Assembly (NCBI GenBank): GCA_035258805.1
Contig: DATFWY010000251.1
Span: 843-64,842 of the forward strand
Source: Blastocatellia bacterium
Lineage (GTDB): Bacteria > Acidobacteriota > Blastocatellia > UBA7656
Direction of reading: 5' to 3'
Length of the DNA stretch: 64,000 nucleotides
A program made the translations under genes and the position numbers. This document shows positions 37,644 through 47,433 of the stretch, piece after piece. Each line of letters starts with the position of its first letter. The first letter of the stretch is position 1. Below the pieces are notes generated by a model, which saw only the letters and a program-made list of their open reading frames with translations, was not told where the DNA came from and ran no database searches.

Positions 37644-39026
37644 CTAATATCGTTGCCGTTTTGCCACACCGAGCGTGTCCTTCATGACCTTGCCACCCTT
37701 CATCACAAACTTCACATCTTCCAGAGTTGACATGTCGGCCAGAGGGTCACCACTGACCGCGATCACATCAGCACATTTGCCTGGTTCAATAGATCCGACA
37801 TCCTTTGAGAGCATCAGCAGTTGCGCGGCAATCGAAGTAGCCGACAATATGGCTTGCTGCGCCGGCATTCCCCACTTGACCATGAGCGAAAGTTGACGGG
37901 CGTTTGCACCGTGAGGAATGATGCCGGTATCAGTGCCAAAGGCTATTTGAACACCACCCTTCAGCGCCTTAACAAAACTCTCGTGCTTTACATCGTGAAG
38001 CTTACGCGCCTTTTCCATCGCATAAGCCGGTGTCTTGTTCTTTTCGCCCTGAGCGAGAGTGTACTCAGAAGTATAGATTGTTGGAACCAGGTACGCATTC
38101 TGCTGTTTGAATAACGCGATCGCTTCATCATCGAGCACGCTCCCATGCTCGATTGACCTGACTCCGGCTCTCAGAGCTGATTTTGTGCCATCGACTCCGT
38201 GAGAATGCGCCGCGACGTATCGCCCGAACCTGCGCGCTTCATCGACCGCTGCCTTCATTTCGTCAAACGAAAACTGCTCCCGTCCGGGGTCGTCACCGGC
38301 AGTGTAGATACCGCCGGTGGCGGCTATCTTTATCCAATCCGCGCCCCACTTGACCTCTTTTCGTACTGCCTTACGTACTTCATCTACGCTGTCCACGATT
38401 TCGCCAAAGCCGGCGATGTTTAACTCAGGAGCCGTGTTATTGAAATCCGCGTGACCGCCGGTGATCGATAGCAGATGTCCGGCAGCTACTATCCTCGGAC
38501 CCTGCACTTTTTTTGCATTGATCTCATCCCTGACCACGAGGTGGGCGTAGTACGGGTCCATATCGCCAGGATCTCGAATAGTCGTGAAACCAGCGTCGAG
38601 GTCCTTCTGCGCATTGATTAGACCTTCGATGGCATTAAGAGCTGACGAACGTCTAAGATAGGAGTCCTGTGTGTAACCTGCATCAGGAATAATGTGTGAA
38701 TGCACATCGATGAGGCCGGGCAACACCGTTGCGTTGCTGAGGTCGATGACGATCGCACCTTGAGGTATTGTGAGGCCCTCACTTTTTCTTACACTCTCAA
38801 TCCTCTCTCCCCGAATCACGACAGTCATTCGGTCCTGAGATTGGCCGTTGCGGCCGTCAATCAGCTTGCCGCAGCGGATGACAGTTAATTGTTCGGCACT
38901 GGATTGCTGCCCGTACATGGTCCGACCGAGTCCAAATATCGTAAGGACGATTGTTACCGCGGCAATTGCGTCTAAAGATACTTTCGATTTCATCGAAGCG
39001 AGCTCTCCGTTACTCTTAATACTCAT
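37644..39026 (-). CDS. Secreted amidohydrolase (Xaa-Pro dipeptidase-like subgroup)
   Basis: PGLIDVHSH, KIAATGG, AAHSHG, IEHG, FGTD. Confidence 0.92.
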   Translation of the reverse strand: MSIKSNGELASMKSKVSLDAIAAVTIVLTIFGLGRTMYGQQSSAEQLTVIRCGKLIDGRNGQSQDRMTVVIRGERIESVRKSEGLTIPQGAIVIDLSNATVLPGLIDVHSHIIPDAGYTQDSYLRRSSALNAIEGLINAQKDLDAGFTTIRDPGDMDPYYAHLVVRDEINAKKVQGPRIVAAGHLLSITGGHADFNNTAPELNIAGFGEIVDSVDEVRKAVRKEVKWGADWIKIAATGGIYTAGDDPGREQFSFDEMKAAVDEARRFGRYVAAHSHGVDGTKSALRAGVRSIEHGSVLDDEAIALFKQQNAYLVPTIYTSEYTLAQGEKNKTPAYAMEKARKLHDVKHESFVKALKGGVQIAFGTDTGIIPHGANARQLSLMVKWGMPAQQAILSATSIAAQLLMLSKDVGSIEPGKCADVIAVSGDPLADMSTLEDVKFVMKGGKVMKDTLGVAKRQRY

Positions 39027-39049
39027 CCCGAACAGAAGAATTGTCTTGT

Positions 39050-39568
39050 TTACTTACCAGCTCCGGGCATTGATGACTCGTGCAGGTGAACGATTACCCA
39101 GGCTCCATCCCGCTTCTCAAAAACGTAGCTGCCTCGCCCGCTGCCAACCTGCAGCTTGTTGCCTACGAGTCCTGAGAAGCTCCAGTGGCAGCTCACGATG
39201 GCAATCGAGCCGTAAACCTGAACAATAGGTTGACGGATGTTGATATTCATAGTGGAAATTGATGAGACGTATCCCTCCAGGCCCTTCCGCATCTCATTCC
39301 AACCCTCAATTCGGAGCGGTTTGCTTGGGTCGGGCCAGAATGCCTGGAGCTTATCGTCATTCGCGAACGATTTGGTAAGAGTCGCGAGGTCCTTCTTCTC
39401 GTAAGCATGAATGTAACGAAAGAACGCGTCGCTCACCTGCTCCGTATCGTTGGCTGGAGACGCGATCAGACTTCCAACAGCAGCGCCCGCGCGTTCGGAT
39501 TTCGAGCTTAGGGCGCCGAGTAAGAACACGAGAAGCAGTGCATTGATAAAGTAAGAGGTCCTCGCCAT
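39050..39568 (-). CDS. Secreted NTF2/SnoaL-like protein
   Basis: Signal-like N-terminus; VYGSIAIV and terminal WVIVHLHES. Confidence 0.85.
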   Translation of the reverse strand: MARTSYFINALLLVFLLGALSSKSERAGAAVGSLIASPANDTEQVSDAFFRYIHAYEKKDLATLTKSFANDDKLQAFWPDPSKPLRIEGWNEMRKGLEGYVSSISTMNINIRQPIVQVYGSIAIVSCHWSFSGLVGNKLQVGSGRGSYVFEKRDGAWVIVHLHESSMPGAGK

Positions 39569-39635
39569 ATTTTTTCCCCCCTCGCACCAGGAGACAAGAC
39601 CTTCGCGAAGCGCATCATTTCCGGTACTGCAGCCC

Positions 39636-41108
39636 TCAATCTTTGAGGCGCCGGGTCAGCCGACTCTTAACCCATTTAACCATTCGCTCCTCCAGTCCCT
39701 CATCTGTCTCAAATAGCTGATATCCAACCGCGCCACCGTCATAGATCCATACTTCGCTTCCCTTATCCTTGGTTAGATCGTAGAGGTCTGAAATCGCGTT
39801 TGTCACCGGAGCAAAGCCGCGGCTGCCAATAAACAGGATCGGGAAATGCGCCCCGGCGATCTCATCCCTCTCTTTTGCACTTGGTATGTAACCCGAGAGC
39901 ATAACGAGAGCGCCAATCCTCGTATCGCCCAGCGCGGCCATCACGGCAAATTTAGCACCTAGATATGTTCCCAATATCGCAAGTTTTGTTGGATCTACCT
40001 GTGACTGCTCGGCAAGGACATTCACCGCTCCCTTAGCATCTAGATAAGCGCGATCGCGTTCTTCTCTTGCGAGAGAGAAGTAATTGCCTTTTTCGCGACT
40101 TTTGCCGCGCCCACGCCAATCAATGTTGACTACAGCTATTCCATGTTTCGCGAACAGGATTTCGAGGTCATGAAAGATGTAACGATCGCTCCAACCCGAG
40201 TGCAATAAAACAACTCCGGGAACGCGTGTCTCTGCATCAATGTTCTCGGGTATTCGGAGATTGCCGTATATCATCCAGCCATCTTCGCTTTTGAAGGACA
40301 CCTCTTTTACTCTCCCGAGAGATTTCAATCGCAAGGCGATCCAATTGCAGATAACCTCTTCGATTGGTTTTTCGTCACCGGGATCTCGAGGCACCAAGCC
40401 GATTTTTTCGGTGTCGACTCCCTGACTCTTGGCTAAGAAATCAACGCCTTTCTTGTCGGGATACTTGTAGCGCCAGACTGTAAACATGGTCGTACCCATA
40501 CCCATGTTTTCGTAGACGCGGAATTCGCTTTCAGGGCTTTCCGATCTGGAGTAAATCGAAGACATCGCTTCAAATCCAGCTTTGTCTTCCTTGCTAACCA
40601 CGCACTGGATTGGGAGTCGATTGTTTGCCGCAAGCAGATCGCGGGCGCTCTCACTCAGCCTTCCGGAAAGCATTGACAGGGCCTTGACCCGAGGATCTCC
40701 GGCCGTCCCGGTGACAGCCCATTCTGAGCTTACCTCCTCGGCGAAGACCGCGATGCGATCTGAATCTATTTGAGGCTGTTCCGCCATGAAGTTCAATGCG
40801 GCTTGAACATCGTGACGAATATTTGCTTTCTGTGATTCGGTGAACGAGTGATATTCCTGTGAGCCAATGCTTTCGCCTCGACCTCTCCAATCGATGCGCA
40901 AGACGGCGACTCCCTGAGAGTTGAGCAACTGAGCCATACCCGGGTACACGAATGACGTAAATGCATCTCGATCGTGTCCGGCACCGTGAAGGAGCAGCGC
41001 GCCGGGCGCGCGCTCCTCAGCACTCGCTCCGCCGGGAAGGTGCAGTGAGCCGTGAATCGTCCAACCGTCCTCGGTATCAAACTTTACCTGGCGTTCCGAA
41101 GATTCCAT
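39636..41108 (-). CDS. Tandem (A+B) alpha/beta-hydrolase-fold protein, no signal peptide, triad absent
   Basis: Two F-x-T/S-EDGW starts; AEEVS and GTYLG elbows; YDGGAVGYQLF. Confidence 0.88.
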   Translation of the reverse strand: MESSERQVKFDTEDGWTIHGSLHLPGGASAEERAPGALLLHGAGHDRDAFTSFVYPGMAQLLNSQGVAVLRIDWRGRGESIGSQEYHSFTESQKANIRHDVQAALNFMAEQPQIDSDRIAVFAEEVSSEWAVTGTAGDPRVKALSMLSGRLSESARDLLAANNRLPIQCVVSKEDKAGFEAMSSIYSRSESPESEFRVYENMGMGTTMFTVWRYKYPDKKGVDFLAKSQGVDTEKIGLVPRDPGDEKPIEEVICNWIALRLKSLGRVKEVSFKSEDGWMIYGNLRIPENIDAETRVPGVVLLHSGWSDRYIFHDLEILFAKHGIAVVNIDWRGRGKSREKGNYFSLAREERDRAYLDAKGAVNVLAEQSQVDPTKLAILGTYLGAKFAVMAALGDTRIGALVMLSGYIPSAKERDEIAGAHFPILFIGSRGFAPVTNAISDLYDLTKDKGSEVWIYDGGAVGYQLFETDEGLEERMVKWVKSRLTRRLKD

Positions 41109-41133
41109 AATCTCCTCCCGAGAGAGGCAGTGG

Positions 41134-42633
41134 TCACTTTCTGAAATGATTTGCGGTGATTCGCTGAGCGGCGAGAACGCAGACTGTAGCTATAGGCCCT
41201 ACAGCATCTCCTGAAGATGAGCGCGGAACGACGCTTCCGTCGCAGATGAAAAGACCGCTTACATCATGCGATTCGAAATTTGGATTGACCACAGATACCT
41301 TTGGGTCTGACCCGGCTTTGCAGGTGCTAATGCCGTGAGCTATGTGGTAGATGGGCGGCATATCGTACCCGACAATCTTTTTTGCGCCCATCTTCTGCAA
41401 TACTTCTCGAGACATTTCACCGCCTTCACGCAAGCGCTTTACGATGATTTCATTGCCTTCGTACTCCATCTGCGAAGTCCGGAGATTTATGTATCCCCGA
41501 TAACCCTCTGGCTTCTTAAGCACAACAAGCGTTCCGCCCCGGTGCATTCGTGCCTGCTTCATAAATTGCTTGTGCTCGCGGCCGAAGGCGGGGGCAAATG
41601 GACTGAAGGCCAAACCCCAGGGCTCATCTACGCCAATCATTCCGCTATCTTTTATTCTGAGCCTCCCGTAGGCGTTAGGGCCTGCATCATCCAGGAAGAA
41701 ATATCCGGCGGGCGCTGCGCCGCGTGAGCCATCCTTTATGACTTCATCGAAGTATGCATGCACAATGATAGCGGCGTGTATATCCAGGTGTTTGCCGATA
41801 TTGTTATTCTCAACAATAAGTTTTGCACCGAGTTCTTCCTTTGAACCATAACCGGACATGAAGAGCAGGCGTGGCGTGCCGATCACTCCAGCGCTCACGA
41901 TTATGTTTGGTGCTTTCAGCTCAACCATTGCTCCGCCCTGCTGAAAGGCGACGCCGGTTGCAGTTGGACGTGCTCCCCTTTTCTCGATAATTACTCGGTC
42001 CACTGTAGCATTTGGGATGATGTCGACACCGTGCTTCTCGGCAAGCGGTATGTACGTCGTCATCGCATTCATTTTGCTGTCATAACGGCAGAAGTATCCG
42101 CCTTCGCAGAATCCGCAGTAAATACAATTGCGTCGGGCAACCTGTGCAGAGTGAACCTCGCGGCCAAGTGCGCGTGCGGCGTCTCGAAACATGAGACAGC
42201 CCTTCGAGAGCACTTCGTCGGGTTCCGTGTGGATGTTGTAGATCTTTTCGACTTCTGCTGCAGCTCCGCGGCAAGCATCCTCGGTCCAATCAGTGCCTTC
42301 GTCCACCCAGTGCTTATAATCGACGCTGTATGGCAGGTAAACGCTGGCGCCGTAATGCATTGTAGTACCGCCTACCATCTTGACCATGCCCCATGGCCAC
42401 ATGCGCTCAGGAGCATCGTCGCTAAATACATTGGTGATCAACTGTCGCCTCGATGGGATTCCGTAACCAGGTCGAGGCTCGCCTTTCCAATATGGACCGG
42501 CCTCGAGCATCGCGATGCGCAGTTGCTCACCGTTCTTCGGGTTGACTCCCTTCGCGGCGAGATGTGCCGCCAGGATGCTGCCGCCAACCCCGGAACCGAT
42601 TATTATCACGTCGTAGTTCTTTTGAGTTTGCAT
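41134..42633 (-). CDS. GMC family FAD oxidoreductase
   Basis: DVIIIGSGVGG, VGGTT, CIYCGFCEGGYFC, HGISTCKAG, GLFICDGSV. Confidence 0.93.
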   Translation of the reverse strand: MQTQKNYDVIIIGSGVGGSILAAHLAAKGVNPKNGEQLRIAMLEAGPYWKGEPRPGYGIPSRRQLITNVFSDDAPERMWPWGMVKMVGGTTMHYGASVYLPYSVDYKHWVDEGTDWTEDACRGAAAEVEKIYNIHTEPDEVLSKGCLMFRDAARALGREVHSAQVARRNCIYCGFCEGGYFCRYDSKMNAMTTYIPLAEKHGVDIIPNATVDRVIIEKRGARPTATGVAFQQGGAMVELKAPNIIVSAGVIGTPRLLFMSGYGSKEELGAKLIVENNNIGKHLDIHAAIIVHAYFDEVIKDGSRGAAPAGYFFLDDAGPNAYGRLRIKDSGMIGVDEPWGLAFSPFAPAFGREHKQFMKQARMHRGGTLVVLKKPEGYRGYINLRTSQMEYEGNEIIVKRLREGGEMSREVLQKMGAKKIVGYDMPPIYHIAHGISTCKAGSDPKVSVVNPNFESHDVSGLFICDGSVVPRSSSGDAVGPIATVCVLAAQRITANHFRK

Positions 42634-42640
42634 TGATTAG

Positions 42641-43291
42641 TCAGCGCCGCCAGAGTTTCTGAAATTTCGTCCTGCACTCTTCTTCTTCTTGCCAGGTCAT
42701 CTGTGCTTTAAAACCGGAGATGTCCCAGCCGGTGACCAGATCATTGGTGTTCGGGTTTGTGATTTGGTGTTTGTCTCTCTGTTTTAGTATTGGGACTCCA
42801 GCCTGGTCTCGCGGGATGACGTTCTCCGGATAATTCTGATAGAAGACCGTAAACACTCGTGTTCTGGTTTGACGATATACCTTTTGCAGAACCTTGAGAC
42901 GATTCTTATCGCTAATTTTGCTCCCATCTATGATTAACAGGAGGTAGTCAGCTCGGTGAGAGGGTGCAAGCTGAAGAAATGTTCTGCCCTCGAAGAATTC
43001 GGTGCTGCCTTGATTGAAGGCTTCAAGGTCGTCGTCGCTTATTCCGTCGAGCTTCTTCATGACCTCTTCAGTAATCTTGTGTTGCTCCAGGCTTTTGTAA
43101 CCCGGATCGCCTGGGTCCGTCGGGATCAGCGTGTCGCCAATCGATGCAATCATCGCGTGGCGGTCAAGCCTAGAAGCTTGATGACTTTCACTTCTTCCAT
43201 AAGCCAAGCCCGACCCGATGCTTGTGATTGCGATCGAGCCGGCGCCCGATCTCTTCAGGAATTCTCTACGGGAAACTTTGCTTTTGCTCAT
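42641..43291 (-). CDS. TAT-signal protein, gluconate-2-dehydrogenase subunit 3-like
   Basis: SRREFLK; IGDTLIP...PG; F-x-QL-x-x-x-x-R pattern; directly upstream of the GMC gene. Confidence 0.7.
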   Translation of the reverse strand: MSKSKVSRREFLKRSGAGSIAITSIGSGLAYGRSESHQASRLDRHAMIASIGDTLIPTDPGDPGYKSLEQHKITEEVMKKLDGISDDDLEAFNQGSTEFFEGRTFLQLAPSHRADYLLLIIDGSKISDKNRLKVLQKVYRQTRTRVFTVFYQNYPENVIPRDQAGVPILKQRDKHQITNPNTNDLVTGWDISGFKAQMTWQEEEECRTKFQKLWRR

Positions 43292-43358
43292 ACCTCAATC
43301 AACCTCTCACGATGCGCTCAACGATGGTGGTATTTCCAGAACCCACAAGTCCCTCAGT

Positions 43359-43658
43359 TCATAGATTACGAGTTAACTCCAACAGCTTTTGGTAGCTAAT
43401 GGCGCTCCAGGTTTCAACAGAGCTTGCCATGCCTGAAGCGAGTATGACGGAGGCCATTTTGAAGGCGGTCTCTTCATTTGGAGCCTCGAGAATATCCATA
43501 AAATCGTACGGTCCCAGCAGAGCGAGGTGTTCTCTAACATTCACCTCGGGGCAAGCTTCTCTGTACCGCGCTCCAACCTTTTTCCCGATCTCTTCCATCG
43601 ACTTGATATTCTTCGCAAGCTCCGGCGCCATCTTTATCAACATCACAAACGTTGCCAT
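43359..43658 (-). CDS. GYD-domain protein
   Basis: LLGPYDFMDILEAPNEETA; ATG 43658 after AGGAG. Confidence 0.85.
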   Translation of the reverse strand: MATFVMLIKMAPELAKNIKSMEEIGKKVGARYREACPEVNVREHLALLGPYDFMDILEAPNEETAFKMASVILASGMASSVETWSAISYQKLLELTRNL

Positions 43659-43749
43659 TTGATATCTCCTTTCAAGTGTTCGACCACGCAATGAGAGTGC
43701 GCACAAGCCGCCCTAAACAACAGGGCATGCTTTGCGAGGACGCGATCTT

Positions 43750-44136
43750 TTACTGGCTCAAAATATCAATCACGACTTCGTCCTCGACGAACTGCTTGTA
43801 CTGCTCATGCAACCGCTTGCTCTGCGGACTCTTGATGTAAGCCTCCTTGGCTTCCTTGTTCACGAAGTCGATCGACATGCCATATTTGTACTTTGTGAGA
43901 TTGCTCGTCTGCGGGCCAACCACGATATTGGTTGCGCCACTGATCGTGGGTAACGTCGCTCTTGTTTCAGCGAGAATTCGATCGATAGCAGACTGCGGCA
44001 CATCAGCCTTGAAGTTAAACGCGACCGCGTGCCGCAGAATTCCCTTCGGCGCGTTTACCGGAGGAGTCTGTTTAGCACCCACCAGCACGACCAATATCAG
44101 CAGTAGAGTCAGACAAACTGGAATCAAGCGCTTCAT
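43750..44136 (-). CDS. Secreted Dabb (stress-responsive A/B barrel) protein
   Basis: Signal peptide; LRHAVAFNFK and YGMSIDF...AY. Confidence 0.8.
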   Translation of the reverse strand: MKRLIPVCLTLLLILVVLVGAKQTPPVNAPKGILRHAVAFNFKADVPQSAIDRILAETRATLPTISGATNIVVGPQTSNLTKYKYGMSIDFVNKEAKEAYIKSPQSKRLHEQYKQFVEDEVVIDILSQ

Positions 44137-44203
44137 TGCAACCTCCTGAGTATCCTATGCGGCGGTATTAAACCGACACTCCTCATTCTGCAATTCTCTG
44201 GGG

Positions 44204-44947
44204 CTATTCCTGCCAACGAATCTTCTTGAAATAATTCCGCCGACGCTCCTCTTCACTCCAGGTGAGTGGACCGGGATAACCCGCCCTGTCCCATCCAGTG
44301 AATATCTCTTGCGTGTTCGGATTAGTGATCTGATGATCATCACCGTTGGCTAGTAGCGGCACGCGGTGCGCATCGTTCGGCCAACGATCCTCCGGGTAGT
44401 TCTGATAGTAGACCGTGAAGACGATTTCTCGAACGTGCGCGTAAATCTCCTTCAGCTTTGTCTGAAGGGTCTCATCTTTGAACCCGCCGGTTTGAAGGAT
44501 CCTGTTGAAATACTCGGCGCGTTGATTTTCTTGCAAGTGCACGAACGCGCCTCCGAGCTGCTCCGAACTTGATCGGTCGAAGAGTTCCAGATCGGCATCC
44601 GGAAATTCTTCAAGCCGGCGGTTGATCTCGTCAGTGATTCCTTTCCATTCGAGATCCCTATAGCCAGGATCTCCCGGCGCAGAAGGAATCAGCGTGTCGC
44701 CGATTGCGAAGAGTATGGCTTGCCGGTTGACCCTGGGAAAGGCTTGTTCTCTAGAAGTCGTCTGCTCTTCCGCGTCTGAACCTGAATGTAGCGTCGTAGG
44801 CGACCCCGAGGAGGGCGGCCCATCCTCAGCGGCCTTTATTCCGGCCATCCCGGCAATAGTAACTGTTCCGGCGGTCGCGGTCGTTCTTATGAAGTCGCGT
44901 CGCGAAACGCCTTTGTCCTTCTTACTCTTTCTTTTTTGCTTTGCCAT
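44204..44947 (-). CDS. TAT-signal protein, paralog of 42641-43291
   Basis: SRRDFIR; shared IGDTLIP, TVYYQNYPE, HQITNPNT and TGWD; likely ATG 44947. Confidence 0.75.
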   Translation of the reverse strand: MAKQKRKSKKDKGVSRRDFIRTTATAGTVTIAGMAGIKAAEDGPPSSGSPTTLHSGSDAEEQTTSREQAFPRVNRQAILFAIGDTLIPSAPGDPGYRDLEWKGITDEINRRLEEFPDADLELFDRSSSEQLGGAFVHLQENQRAEYFNRILQTGGFKDETLQTKLKEIYAHVREIVFTVYYQNYPEDRWPNDAHRVPLLANGDDHQITNPNTQEIFTGWDRAGYPGPLTWSEEERRRNYFKKIRWQE

Positions 44948-44995
44948 ACTCTCACTCAGGATTGGACACACTCCGTCTCTTGATCCGTTGTCGGT

Positions 44996-46462
44996 TTATA
45001 AGCTGAGTTGCGGCTTCAACCACTTCACGATAAATGGCTGAAGGTTTTCATCGAGATCGAACAGTTGATATCCGATTGAACCGCCCTCGTATTCAAGCAG
45101 TGTGCTTCCGTGATCCTTTGCCATTTTGTAGAAATCACGAAAGGCTTGGGCGATTGGAGGCAAGCCCAAAGTAGAGACGAAAAGAATCGGGAATTTCGAT
45201 TTCTCTACATCTGCTCGGTCCGGCATTCCTCCGAGCATCACAAATGACTTCACCCGAGAATCCGAGCAGGCAGCCTTCAAACCGTACTTCACTCCGATGG
45301 ATGTTGTCACCAAAGCTAGTCGATCGGAATTGACTGCAGTCTGTGCAGCAAGAAACTCCAGAGCGGCCTTGACGTCGAGATATGCTTTGTCCCGTTCCGC
45401 TATTGGGAGATCAAAGTAATTTCCCTTTTCCTGGCTTTTGCCCCGTCCACGAAAATCAAAATTAAGTACGACGAATCCCGCGGCGGATAGCAGTTGCTCG
45501 AGGTTGTCGAAAACATGGCGGTCGGTTAAATAAGAATGCACCAGTACTACTCCGGGCGCCTTGGGCTGATTCGCGCTTTGCGGCATTCGCAGAGTACCAT
45601 ACAGATTCCACCCGTCGTCTGTTCGAAAGGAAACATCCCGGGCCGAAGCGCGAAGCCTGGGCACAACCCAATCCGCGACGACAGTTTCAAGTGGTTTCTC
45701 GTTTGGGAATTTGTTGGCGTACATGATGAACATCGAATTGCCAATGCCGATGTCGCGATAAATCATCAAATCACTGGTCGGATTCGTTGATAATTTGTAG
45801 ACCTCTGCCATGTCAGCGAGTCCGATCTTGTCTTCTTTGGATGCGAGGCACAGCACCGGCAAGTCACTGCGACTCGCAATGACATCTTTTGCACCTTGAC
45901 CCAACCTCCCGGAGAGCAATACCAGCGTACGAACTCTCCGATCTTTATAAGAAGCGATCACCGCGGGTTCTGCTGTCACGCTTTCCGCGACTACTCCGAT
46001 CCGGTCCGGATCCACTATGGGCTGACGGCTAAGGAAGTCAATAGCTCCGCTCACATCGAGAGAGATTTTCGAGCGCTGCTCTGAATTGAAGGCGTTATAC
46101 TCCGTTGGCTCAGCGCTCTTACCTCTCCCTCTAATGTCGATGCGCAGCGTTGCGGTATCGCCCAACTCAGATCTTAAGCTTAGTTTTGCGAAAGTGTTTG
46201 GTCCGATCTGGTGACCTCCCAGATAGATGTCACGGTCGTGAGCGGGTGAATGAACCATGACAACCCCCGGAATCTTCCTTCCAGGGGTCAGGCCGGCGGG
46301 AATGCTTAGCGTGCCGTGAATGACCCAGCCGTCTTCGGTCTTAAAAGAAACCTCCTTCTCATCAAAATTGGACTTAGCCGCGTTTTGCTCCTGCGGGACA
46401 CCTGCGGCGAGATTCCAAAGAAGCAGTACTAATGCTGGCGCGCTGGAGAGCGCTCGTTTCAT
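44996..46462 (-). CDS. Secreted tandem (A+B) alpha/beta-hydrolase-fold protein, catalytic His absent
   Basis: Signal peptide; AESVT and TTSIG elbows; YEGGSIGYQLF. Confidence 0.88.
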   Translation of the reverse strand: MKRALSSAPALVLLLWNLAAGVPQEQNAAKSNFDEKEVSFKTEDGWVIHGTLSIPAGLTPGRKIPGVVMVHSPAHDRDIYLGGHQIGPNTFAKLSLRSELGDTATLRIDIRGRGKSAEPTEYNAFNSEQRSKISLDVSGAIDFLSRQPIVDPDRIGVVAESVTAEPAVIASYKDRRVRTLVLLSGRLGQGAKDVIASRSDLPVLCLASKEDKIGLADMAEVYKLSTNPTSDLMIYRDIGIGNSMFIMYANKFPNEKPLETVVADWVVPRLRASARDVSFRTDDGWNLYGTLRMPQSANQPKAPGVVLVHSYLTDRHVFDNLEQLLSAAGFVVLNFDFRGRGKSQEKGNYFDLPIAERDKAYLDVKAALEFLAAQTAVNSDRLALVTTSIGVKYGLKAACSDSRVKSFVMLGGMPDRADVEKSKFPILFVSTLGLPPIAQAFRDFYKMAKDHGSTLLEYEGGSIGYQLFDLDENLQPFIVKWLKPQLSL

Positions 46463-46521
46463 AAATCAGTTCTCCTTTTGAAACAGCAACGGTTTCACCT
46501 CGATCATGGCCGAGATCCTGA

Positions 46522-47412
46522 TTATTTCCCGAAGGACTCAGCAAGGTAACGGGCCACCAGTTCCGACTCTGACCATGTCAACTGCGCGCCGCGTGACACC
46601 ATGTCGTGAACTGTTCGTTTCCAGCCTTCTGGTTCCTTTCTCTGACCAGTGATCGTTTGCAAGCTGTGACATTGAACACATGTTGCAAGGATGAGGCCCT
46701 TTCCTTCTTTGTCTGGAAGCAGCGCCGATAGATCGGCTGGCCTGGATGCATTCCCAGTTGAACCAGCTGAAGATCGGCCGCTTTGGGAGACACCGTCGGG
46801 CCCAAAATTCGTCGCAAGGTATTCAACAACTGTGGCTATTTCTTCGGGGCGCAGATTGGCGCCGAGACGTACCATGTCTTTCACGCTTGCAAGCCAACCG
46901 GAAGAATCCTTTCGTTTCGTCGTTATACGGTTCAAAGCATGGCAATCAACACAGGATCTCCGGATGATTCCCTTCGCAGCACCCTCGGGCAGGCTTTCTG
47001 TCGACGCCTGTTCGCGCTGACCCGCGGCGGCCTTGCCTGCGATCTCGGATTTTTCATTTGTTGATCCGGAACCTGCCGACCCAGGGCCAAAGCTTTGTGA
47101 CAGGTAAGTTGAAATCAATTCGATTTCGTCGGGGGCAATCTGCGCGCCTCGCGCGATCATGTCCCTGACAGTCCTCACCCACTGAACCTCGCTCTTGCGT
47201 TGCAACACAATCGGACCGAGCGAGTGACATTGTGTACAGGTCGCGATCACAAGATTTCTTCCAGCACCATCGGGCAATGAACTGGTTCTATCCCGGCTGC
47301 CAACTTCGATGGGAACCTGAGCGCGAAGGACAACGGATCCAACGCACAGAGCATAGGCGACCACAAAAGCGGCTCGTAGTTTTGGCATTTTGGAGATCAT
47401 ATGAGTGTTCAC
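46522..47412 (-). CDS. Secreted triheme cytochrome c (three tandem monoheme modules)
   Basis: CTQCH, CVDCH and CVQCH, each followed by W-x3-V-x2-M; Ser/Gly linkers. Confidence 0.9.
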   Translation of the reverse strand: MNTHMISKMPKLRAAFVVAYALCVGSVVLRAQVPIEVGSRDRTSSLPDGAGRNLVIATCTQCHSLGPIVLQRKSEVQWVRTVRDMIARGAQIAPDEIELISTYLSQSFGPGSAGSGSTNEKSEIAGKAAAGQREQASTESLPEGAAKGIIRRSCVDCHALNRITTKRKDSSGWLASVKDMVRLGANLRPEEIATVVEYLATNFGPDGVSQSGRSSAGSTGNASRPADLSALLPDKEGKGLILATCVQCHSLQTITGQRKEPEGWKRTVHDMVSRGAQLTWSESELVARYLAESFGK

Positions 47413-47433
47413 CGCTTGCTAGTGAAGCTGTCC

